This document shows, piece by piece, positions 37,786-45,684 of a stretch of 64,000 nucleotides of DNA. This stretch comes from a virus: the IMG/VR virus record IMGVR_UViG_3300042507_005574. One strand, written 5' to 3'. Under the pieces are notes generated by a model. The model did no database searches. It saw nothing but the letters and a program-made list of their open reading frames with translations, and was not told the DNA's origin. Each line of letters starts with the position of its first letter. Position 1 is the first letter of the stretch. A program made the position numbers and the translations under genes.

Positions 37786-38346
37786 ATGGAACACATTTAC
37801 GAACAACCACAATTTGGCGAAAACTGGTTTTCATTTCCCAAACTCTACTCTCGCTTTGTTCATGAACTTTCAAGTGGGTCAAAGATTGTTGAAGTTGGCT
37901 GTTGGAAGGGAAAGAGTTTGGCTTATCTAGGCGTAGAAATTGTCAACTCGGGAAAATCGATTTCCGTAGATGCGGTGGATACATGGGATGCATTGGATAC
38001 TGAGTATTATCACAAGACAGATACCTATGTGTTGTCGAAATGCTTGTACCCACTATTTCTGAGCAACATCGCTCGTCTGAGCCACATCATTAAGCCCGTT
38101 CGAATGAAGTCTTTGGACGCTGCAAACCTATACGAAAATGAATCATTGGATGTAGTCTTCATTGACGCATGTCACGAATACGAGTGTGTCAAGGAGGACA
38201 TCAATGCATGGCTACCGAAGGTGAAGAAAAATGGCTATCTATCGGGACATGATTACAGTAGCCATCCATCTGTTGCTCAGGCAGTACACGAACTGCTTGG
38301 CTCAGTTGAGAGTGGTGAAAATTGTTGGGTCTATCGAAAGCCTTGA
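37786..38346 (+). CDS. class I SAM methyltransferase, paralog of 37091..37663
   Basis: MEHIYEQPQFGENWF, VEVGCWKGKS, FIDACHEYE, GHDY. Confidence 0.88.
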   Translation: MEHIYEQPQFGENWFSFPKLYSRFVHELSSGSKIVEVGCWKGKSLAYLGVEIVNSGKSISVDAVDTWDALDTEYYHKTDTYVLSKCLYPLFLSNIARLSHIIKPVRMKSLDAANLYENESLDVVFIDACHEYECVKEDINAWLPKVKKNGYLSGHDYSSHPSVAQAVHELLGSVESGENCWVYRKP

Positions 38347-38355
38347 TAAATCCCC

Positions 38356-38384
38356 TTGCTTTTTGTGTGTTAATGTGGTATAAT
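38356..38384 (+). promoter_or_regulatory. sigma70-type promoter
   Basis: TTGCTT-17-TATAAT with TG extension. Confidence 0.75.
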
Positions 38385-38394
38385 GATGGAATCC

Positions 38395-39807
38395 ATGACA
38401 GACAAAATCGAATTCGTTGTACTTCGTAACTTGTTGTACAATGAAGATTATACAAGAAGAGTTCTGCCCTTCCTAAAGAAGGAGTACTTCCATGACCCAT
38501 GTGAGAGAAGACTATTTGAATGTGTTGAAGAATTCATTCAGAAGTATTCCTCTTCTCCAACTACAGAAGCGTTGAATATCATTCTCTCCGAGCAAGATGG
38601 CGTTTCTCAGGGTGAATATGACAATTGCACAAAGATTCTTGATTCACTTAATCAATGCAAAGATACACAGAATGAAATCGACTGGCTGATCGACCAAACT
38701 GAAAAGTTTTGTAAAGATAAAGCAGTTTACAATGCATTAATGGATTCTATCCAACTACTTGATGAAAAGAAGTCGAAGGGAAAGTCAAGGAATGCAATTC
38801 CAGAAATTCTCACTAAAGCATTGAGCGTTTCATTTGATGCTAGTATTGGTCATGACTTCGTTGAGGATGCAGACAAAAGATTTGAATTCTATCATCGGGT
38901 AGAGCAAAAGACTCCTTTTGATTTGGACTATTTGAACAAAATTACAAATGGTGGAGTTCCAAACAAAACTCTAAATGTGATCCTTGCGGGTACAGGTGTA
39001 GGTAAGAGTCTGTTCATGTGTCATCATGCAGCGTACTGTTTGACCATGAGTAAGAATGTCCTGTACATTACATGCGAAATGGCGGAAGAAAGAATCGCAG
39101 AAAGAATTGATGCAAATCTAATGGATATTGCGGTCGATGATCTCAAGTCTCTTCCGAAAGACATTTACGACAAGAAATTATCAAAAATTTCATCGGGAAT
39201 GACCGGCAAATTAATTATCAAGGAATATCCAACAGCAACGGCGAGTGTTGACCATTTCCGTCATTTACTAGATGAACTTAGACTCAAGAAGAACTTCAAA
39301 CCCGATGTCGTTTTCATAGACTATCTTAATATTTGTGCCTCTAGTAGATTTAAAGCGGGTGCGAATGTTAACTCCTACACCTATATCAAGGCAATCGCTG
39401 AAGAACTAAGAGGACTTGCAGTTCAATTGGACTTCCCTATCTTCACCGCAACACAAACGAATAGATCGGGATTTTCAAATACTGATGTGGAACTAACTGA
39501 TACATCGGAGTCATTCGGTCTACCAGCAACAGCGGATTTGATGTTTGCTATTATTGCAACCGAGCAACTTGATGAGTCGGGACAAATCATGGTGAAGCAA
39601 CTAAAGAACAGATATAATGATCCAACTCTTCACCGAAGATTCATTTTAGGTATTGACAGATCTAAGATGAAACTGTATGATGTGCAAGAAGATGACCAAG
39701 TACTGTTTGAGCAAATGGGAAAGGGATCAGAATCTGTCGATGATGAGGAAGACATGAGTAAGTTCAAAATCAAGAAGCCCAGATCTTTGTCAGGTTGGGG
39801 AGAATAA
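38395..39807 (+). CDS. gp41: replicative DNA helicase
   Basis: AGTGVGKS, EMAEERIAERIDAN, IDYLNI, SESFGLPATAD; start chosen downstream of the -10 box. Confidence 0.97.
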   Translation: MTDKIEFVVLRNLLYNEDYTRRVLPFLKKEYFHDPCERRLFECVEEFIQKYSSSPTTEALNIILSEQDGVSQGEYDNCTKILDSLNQCKDTQNEIDWLIDQTEKFCKDKAVYNALMDSIQLLDEKKSKGKSRNAIPEILTKALSVSFDASIGHDFVEDADKRFEFYHRVEQKTPFDLDYLNKITNGGVPNKTLNVILAGTGVGKSLFMCHHAAYCLTMSKNVLYITCEMAEERIAERIDANLMDIAVDDLKSLPKDIYDKKLSKISSGMTGKLIIKEYPTATASVDHFRHLLDELRLKKNFKPDVVFIDYLNICASSRFKAGANVNSYTYIKAIAEELRGLAVQLDFPIFTATQTNRSGFSNTDVELTDTSESFGLPATADLMFAIIATEQLDESGQIMVKQLKNRYNDPTLHRRFILGIDRSKMKLYDVQEDDQVLFEQMGKGSESVDDEEDMSKFKIKKPRSLSGWGE

Positions 39808-39808
39808 A

Positions 39809-40060
39809 ATGCCTTACAGAATTCACATTGACATTCCGATTGAATCTGTTAGCGTTGACGATGCTCAGATTGAAGCAAAGGACATTCTCGCAAAGTTAGG
39901 AATTCTGATTGCAGATAATCCTCAATTGATAGGATCTGACTTGGAAATCAACTACAGACTTGGACATGATGATGATCGACAGCGTTCGAACTATCTTGAC
40001 ATGGATAAAATGGGCCATTGCACCCACAGGAAAAACCGTGTCAAATTCGCAAATGGGTAA
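39809..40060 (+). CDS. hypothetical protein
   Basis: 83-aa ORF with GGAG SD directly after gp41. Confidence 0.6.
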   Translation: MPYRIHIDIPIESVSVDDAQIEAKDILAKLGILIADNPQLIGSDLEINYRLGHDDDRQRSNYLDMDKMGHCTHRKNRVKFANG

Positions 40061-40307
40061 TGGAGAGTGTCCATCTTGCCCTAAATGTGGCTGTGCAACA
40101 ATTCGTTCACGGCAAGATCTTTCTTTCGAAATTGGTGGTGGAGAAATTAGAACAGAACCTTTAGTTAGTGCCACAATTGTCATGAATGTTCCGATCTTTC
40201 AATGTATAAATCCTAGTTGTAGGAACGGAATGTATGGAGAAGAAGCAGAAAAAATCATGGAGCCTATAAAGAAAGTATTGACAAAACACGCAGTAGTTAA
40301 AAGTTAA
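40053..40307 (+). CDS. zinc-ribbon protein (YgiT/MqsA-type finger)
   Basis: CPKCG...NVPIFQCINPSC. Confidence 0.6.
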   Translation: MGNGECPSCPKCGCATIRSRQDLSFEIGGGEIRTEPLVSATIVMNVPIFQCINPSCRNGMYGEEAEKIMEPIKKVLTKHAVVKS

Positions 40308-40312
40308 AATTT

Positions 40313-40383
40313 GTGCCGTGGGAGGTCAGCATCTCAGGTCGGCTTATACCCGAGCAACACAAGGGCAGCACTTGTACGGCATA
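40313..40383 (+). tRNA. atypical tRNA-like element, anticodon UAU (Ile)
   Basis: Acceptor GTGCCGT/ACGGCAT plus A; D-stem GAGG/TCTC; TCGG-CT-TAT-AC-CCGA; T-stem ACAAG/CTTGT with loop GGCAGCA. Confidence 0.7.
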
Positions 40384-40459
40384 TTAAGATAGTTTATATC
40401 TCGCTTCAGGCGAACAGAAACAACAGAATAAATAATTGACTAACCCAAAGGAATAGGGA

Positions 40460-41674
40460 ATGCTGTCATTTACACAATACAATCATGAGATAATCCAAGA
40501 GGAAACTGCTAGAAATAAACACTTGGATCATATCGAAGATTTGATGATCCTTTACGGACAAAAGGGATTAGATGACTCAATAGCATTCCTCAAGGATATA
40601 ATCGAAAGCCTAAAAACCGGAAATACTAGTTTGGGAGTTTCCACCAAATGGGATGGGAAGCCTGCAATCATTTGTGGCGAAAACCCTGATAATGGTAAAT
40701 TCTTCGTATCGACAAAGTCTGTTTTCGGTGCTAAAGAGCAAAAAGCATATCATACGGAGGCTGAACTTAAAAAATCTGGATTGCCTTCTGATTTGATTGA
40801 TAAGATGGCAGTGTGTTTGAAAATGCTTACTAAGGTTGGTATTGGCAAGAGAATTTTGCAAGGCGATTTGATGTTTACTGCCGATATGAAAAAGGCAGTA
40901 AATATCGATGGTAAGCCACATATAGGATTTCAGCCAAACACAATCATGTACGCTGTTCCAAAGAATAGTGATATTGGGTCGGCAATCTCTTCAGCAAAAT
41001 TAGGAATCGCATTTCATACTGAATATAAGGGAGACAGTCTGAAGTCTATTCAGGCAGTATCTTATAATTTCAATTCCAAGGTTTTAAAACAAACAAGTGA
41101 GGTTTGGGTAACAGATCCAAACATCTACGATCTCTCTCCTGCCCTTATGAAGGGCGGCGAATCAGAGATGGCAATCAGGATGCTCAAGGAATGCGAAGCC
41201 CTAGCATCTAAAGTGAGGCCGTTTATCAAGACTCTAATCGCACAGAAAGAGATAGCAGAAACTTATTTACTGCCTTATGTCAATAGTACAATCAATGGCG
41301 GAATGAGCAATTTCAATGCATCCAGTCTCAAACTAAACATCAAAGGTAAGTTTGAAAAGGACATAAATAAACTAAAAACCGACAAAGCCAAGCAAGCAAA
41401 AACTGAATTAATGCAGAAGCAATTAGATTTCGTTGATGCGTATTCAAAGCAGATCGATCAAATGTTTGAACTTCACAATAAAATTGCCAACATCAAAGAA
41501 ATTCTTTTGCGTAAACTGTATGCCATTTCAACCCTAGGTCATTTCTTCATGGATGAGAATGGAATTCGCCCAACAAATCCTGAAGGTATTGTAATCTATC
41601 GATCAGGATCGGTGATTAAACTAGTTAATCGTTTAGAATTTAGTAAACAAAACCGAATGGTGAATCAGAGGTAA
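40460..41674 (+). CDS. DUF6267-like protein with ATP-dependent ligase-type motifs
   Basis: NKHLDHIED, KWDG (motif I-like), QGD, EGIV (motif IV-like), KLV; N-terminus MLSFTQY...IQE. Confidence 0.7.
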   Translation: MLSFTQYNHEIIQEETARNKHLDHIEDLMILYGQKGLDDSIAFLKDIIESLKTGNTSLGVSTKWDGKPAIICGENPDNGKFFVSTKSVFGAKEQKAYHTEAELKKSGLPSDLIDKMAVCLKMLTKVGIGKRILQGDLMFTADMKKAVNIDGKPHIGFQPNTIMYAVPKNSDIGSAISSAKLGIAFHTEYKGDSLKSIQAVSYNFNSKVLKQTSEVWVTDPNIYDLSPALMKGGESEMAIRMLKECEALASKVRPFIKTLIAQKEIAETYLLPYVNSTINGGMSNFNASSLKLNIKGKFEKDINKLKTDKAKQAKTELMQKQLDFVDAYSKQIDQMFELHNKIANIKEILLRKLYAISTLGHFFMDENGIRPTNPEGIVIYRSGSVIKLVNRLEFSKQNRMVNQR

Positions 41675-41675
41675 A

Positions 41676-44600
41676 ATGCTTAACTTCTCAGACCGCAATA
41701 ATCAGATTGATGAAGCGAAAAAAGATAGTGTAGTTTTTGCATTCGGTAGAATGAACCCACCAACTATCGGCCATAAGGTAGTTGTGGATAAAGTTCTAAG
41801 TGAAGCCGCAGCAAAGGGAGCAGATCATTTTATCTTTGTGTCTAAAACTCAGGACACCAAAAAAAATCCACTCAGTCAAAAGTCAAAGATCGATTATCTG
41901 AAGAAGTTGTTTCCGAAGGTTAAGTTTCCTTTTGGTAAATCGACAAATCCATTCGATACTGTTTTGTATCTCTGTGAACTAGGATATAAAAACATCTATG
42001 TGGTCACAGGAAGTGATCATGTTGCAGAATACAACCGTATTAAGGAATACAAAGGTAAAGTAGCGACAAACGATCCAAAAAAGCGGTCGTACTCATTTGA
42101 TAATCTTGAGGTCATAGTTGCAGGCAAGGCAAGAGTTAAAGTTACTCTTGATATGATAGATGATATGCTCAAGAAGGGTCAACAAGTTGATCCTATGTAC
42201 ATGTCTGCATCTCTTATGCGTGAAGCGGCATTTAAGGACCGATTTGATATATTCTCAATCGGCATTCCTGGAAATAAAACTCTTGCACAGAGTTTATGGA
42301 AAGATGTTCGTAAAGGTATGAGTTTGAAAGAGGACTTTGATCTTTTAAATGAGGCAACCAAAAAAGAGGATGTGACAATCATCGCTCTCACATCATCAGA
42401 AAAAGATTTGAGTGATACCATAGAAAAAACTGAAGCGATCTGCAAAAGGCGTAAGATAAAATTCTATCCTGTAAAAACAAGCAAAGCACAGGTAGAAATA
42501 TCAAATGTCGCTTCGAAGAAGATTACTATAAAGAACTACGATGGAGAGGGAAAAGATGTAACCATCGTTCCAGAGAACACAGTTGCAATCGTTCGTGGTG
42601 GTGTGATGAACACCGAAATTGGTGTAGCCATTATGACGATCTTACAGAATAATGGTGTGTTCATGGTAAACGAAAGAGCGGGTATGGAACTGTGTGCCAA
42701 TAAGTTGGAAACGGCTATCGCACTCAAGAAACACGGTTTGCCTCACCCACGCACGGCTTTCGTCGCAAATGAAGAGAATATCGAATCGGCTGTCAAGGAA
42801 GTCGGAGGTAAGTTTCCGATCATCTGTAAGACCCTTACAGGCGCAGAAGGAATCGGTGTGTCCAAAATTGAGAGCATGGAAAGTCTCAAGTCTGTGCTAC
42901 AGACATTATGGAAGTATGGTGCAGAGATCATCATCCAAGAGTTTCTTCCTGAATTCAAGAATGATGTTCGTAGCATAGTACTCAACGGGAAGATATTTGC
43001 ATGTGCCAAAAGAGACAAAGCACCTAAAGACTTCCGAACCAATATTGCCCGTGGCTCTAAGGGCGGATCACATCAATTGTCTGACGAAGAGATTAAACTA
43101 GTTGAGCAAGCCGCACGGGTCAGTAAATGTTTCTATGTTGGTATAGACCATGTTATCAACGATGGTAAGCCATACATCATTGAAATGAACGCAAGTCCAG
43201 GTAGTGGAAATATCTATTATCGTTACTATGAGGATGGCGAAGGTAAAGATAATGTTAAAGGTGAAGAACTTGTAGAAGACTTTGTGGAATACATTCTCAA
43301 CAAGGCACATTGGAAACTATTTTCGAATCTTGCTGTTCGTGAGAATGTTAAGGTCGATGGCAATGAATATACCGCAAAGATCGATACTGGAAATAGCGGT
43401 TACAATATGATTCATGCCGACAACATAAAAGATAATGGTGACCACACCGTTTCATTTAAGTTAGCAGACGGTAAGAAGATTACGAAGAAGATTGTCAGCA
43501 GAATCAAAGTTAAGAGTGGCATCGGGGAGAAAGAAAGAATTGTGGTTTTCATGGACATTGAGTTCCATGGTAAGAGATATCCGAACATCAAATTCAGCCT
43601 TGGTGACAGAAACCATATGTCAACCAAGGTTCTTCTTGGACTGAGATTCCTTGAGAAGACTGGCTATGTTGTTGATCCAGCAAACGCAATATATCCACAA
43701 CCAGATGTCAAGAAAAAAACATCAGGGGAAGAGGAAGAAGAAGAGGAACTATCTGAAAGTATCATTCCTAAAGGCAAAGCAAATATTGCGGGTGCCTTAT
43801 TTAAAGTGATGACCACTAAAGAAATGGTTGGGAAAATATTTGAACTATCCAAACTGTGGAAATCCAACTCAGTTGAGTTCAAGAAAAAACTACAGGATCT
43901 TGAGACAGAAATAGTGATTGACTACAATAAGTCTTTAGAAACGGGAGCAAAAACTGCTTTTTTTGTAGATAGATTCAAGTTACAGAGCATCATTGATAGG
44001 ATTTTGTATAAAATGCTTGATGTCGCTGGTGTAGATTTACAGACATATGTGGCTAAATTGTCTTCAGTATTTGGATCTCAATTAACCATGGGATATTCAA
44101 TCGACGGAGAATCAATACAAGAAGCCGATATTACTAAGGGGAAAAAATTCTACACGAAGAGTGGAAAGATTAAGGCATCCCCAAAAGATAAAAAGACTGG
44201 ATTGCCAAAGAAGTATGTCTCTGGATTATCGAAGCGAGAGGCTGAACTTCGAAAGAAGAGACTTGCAAAGCGTAAGGATATGTCAGATGACGATCCGAAG
44301 ACTTGGGAGTTTGTTAATCCTAGAGAAAAGAATATCAAGACTAAACCTTCGAAATATACGACTGCTTTCAAGAAACTTGCCAAAAAAGGTAAATTGAAGG
44401 TAGAAAACAAAAATGAAATAAGAGAGTCTCTTTCTGCTATTAAGGCATTTGAGAATCTTGATTATATGACGAGAATGAACAGAGCCATAATGCTTGAGCA
44501 AAAGGCGATTCAAAACGGTAAAACAGATTCCGCAAAAATTTACCGATCATTTATAGAATATGAAAAGGACTTAAGATATAGAAATTACAAAGTTGATTTA

Positions 44601-45389
44601 GATATATCTGAAGAAATAGAATCTCTTCTTTATGAGGTGAGTCCTCCATCTGGTCCTGCTCGTCGCTTTTCAAAGAAGGAAAAAATTAAAAAGCAGTTTC
44701 AGAAGAGATACGGTAAAGACTGGAAAAGAGTTTTCTACGCTACAGCATGGAAGATGCACGGAGAGGAAGTAGAGTCCACCCGATGGCTTAATGAATCGAA
44801 GAAGATCAATGCAACCATGCAATGGACTGCTATCGGTAAGAGGGGACCTCTTCTGATCGGCTCTGACGAAATCGTCAAGACCTACAAGAAAGACACCCCT
44901 GGTGAGCGGGAGCGATTGGGTGAAGATAAGCCTTGTTGGGTAGGGTTTAAACAATTGGGAATGAAGACAAAGAATGGAAAAAAAGTTCCTAATTGTGTGC
45001 CTGTGAAGGAAGATACTTCTGAAGAAGAGAAGTCTGCGCTTTACAAAGAGTGGCAGAAATTAGTGAATATGTCCGGCAAAGAAATACAAAGTTTTCTTGA
45101 CTCAGAAGAGGGTAAAGAGGCAGGACTATCACGAAAAGAAGCAGGCAAGGCAGGAGCAGATGGGGGTAAAATTACAAGTGGAAGAGATTCTGCCCGGGCC
45201 ATTATTCGTATGCTTGATACTCCCAAAGAGGACTGGACGGCAAATGATTGGAAATGGGCGAGTAAGCAAGTCAGTTTCATCAGTAGAATGCAAGGTGTGA
45301 AGGGCGGTATGAGGGATGAGAAAGGTCATCCAACCCGAAAACTTCTTGCTCTGAAAGTTTGGGGTCATAATCCGGAGAGGAAATCATGA
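41676..45389 (+). CDS. 1237-aa multi-module protein: HIGH-type nucleotidyltransferase, RimK-like ATP-grasp ligase, RimK-associated retropepsin-like protease, small basic modules, DUF3140-like C-terminus
   Basis: FGRMNPPTIGH; NKLET...IIQEF...FRTNIARG...GID...IEMNASPG; AKIDTG...LLG; WQKLVNM...LKVWGHNP. Confidence 0.85.
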   Translation: MLNFSDRNNQIDEAKKDSVVFAFGRMNPPTIGHKVVVDKVLSEAAAKGADHFIFVSKTQDTKKNPLSQKSKIDYLKKLFPKVKFPFGKSTNPFDTVLYLCELGYKNIYVVTGSDHVAEYNRIKEYKGKVATNDPKKRSYSFDNLEVIVAGKARVKVTLDMIDDMLKKGQQVDPMYMSASLMREAAFKDRFDIFSIGIPGNKTLAQSLWKDVRKGMSLKEDFDLLNEATKKEDVTIIALTSSEKDLSDTIEKTEAICKRRKIKFYPVKTSKAQVEISNVASKKITIKNYDGEGKDVTIVPENTVAIVRGGVMNTEIGVAIMTILQNNGVFMVNERAGMELCANKLETAIALKKHGLPHPRTAFVANEENIESAVKEVGGKFPIICKTLTGAEGIGVSKIESMESLKSVLQTLWKYGAEIIIQEFLPEFKNDVRSIVLNGKIFACAKRDKAPKDFRTNIARGSKGGSHQLSDEEIKLVEQAARVSKCFYVGIDHVINDGKPYIIEMNASPGSGNIYYRYYEDGEGKDNVKGEELVEDFVEYILNKAHWKLFSNLAVRENVKVDGNEYTAKIDTGNSGYNMIHADNIKDNGDHTVSFKLADGKKITKKIVSRIKVKSGIGEKERIVVFMDIEFHGKRYPNIKFSLGDRNHMSTKVLLGLRFLEKTGYVVDPANAIYPQPDVKKKTSGEEEEEEELSESIIPKGKANIAGALFKVMTTKEMVGKIFELSKLWKSNSVEFKKKLQDLETEIVIDYNKSLETGAKTAFFVDRFKLQSIIDRILYKMLDVAGVDLQTYVAKLSSVFGSQLTMGYSIDGESIQEADITKGKKFYTKSGKIKASPKDKKTGLPKKYVSGLSKREAELRKKRLAKRKDMSDDDPKTWEFVNPREKNIKTKPSKYTTAFKKLAKKGKLKVENKNEIRESLSAIKAFENLDYMTRMNRAIMLEQKAIQNGKTDSAKIYRSFIEYEKDLRYRNYKVDLDISEEIESLLYEVSPPSGPARRFSKKEKIKKQFQKRYGKDWKRVFYATAWKMHGEEVESTRWLNESKKINATMQWTAIGKRGPLLIGSDEIVKTYKKDTPGERERLGEDKPCWVGFKQLGMKTKNGKKVPNCVPVKEDTSEEEKSALYKEWQKLVNMSGKEIQSFLDSEEGKEAGLSRKEAGKAGADGGKITSGRDSARAIIRMLDTPKEDWTANDWKWASKQVSFISRMQGVKGGMRDEKGHPTRKLLALKVWGHNPERKS

Positions 45390-45646
45390 AATATTACGAC
45401 AACCTAATTAAAAACATTAATGAGGCAAGAATTGCTGGATTGGAAAAGAAATCAAAACAAAGTGGAATTTCTTATGGAATTTTGAAACAAGTATTCGATA
45501 GAGGCATGGCTGCATGGAAAAGTGGACATAGACCTGGAACAACGCCTCAACAATGGGCTTTTGCCAGAGTTAATTCATTTATTGTTGGCGGCAAAACTCG
45601 TAGAACCGCAGATAAAGATTTGTGGAAAAAAGCAAAGGGCGGCTAA
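45386..45646 (+). CDS. DUF5824-like small basic protein
   Basis: KQSGISYGILKQVFDRGMAAWKSGHRPGTTPQQWAFARVNSF; N-terminus ...NINE-A. Confidence 0.75.
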   Translation: MKYYDNLIKNINEARIAGLEKKSKQSGISYGILKQVFDRGMAAWKSGHRPGTTPQQWAFARVNSFIVGGKTRRTADKDLWKKAKGG

Positions 45647-45684
45647 GACTAAATATTGATACCTAACTTCCCGGGGGAGAAAAA

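Noticed and set aside
40278-40310. Promoter for the UAU tRNA-like element
   Set aside because: TTGACA is present but no good -10 box at 16-18 bp spacing
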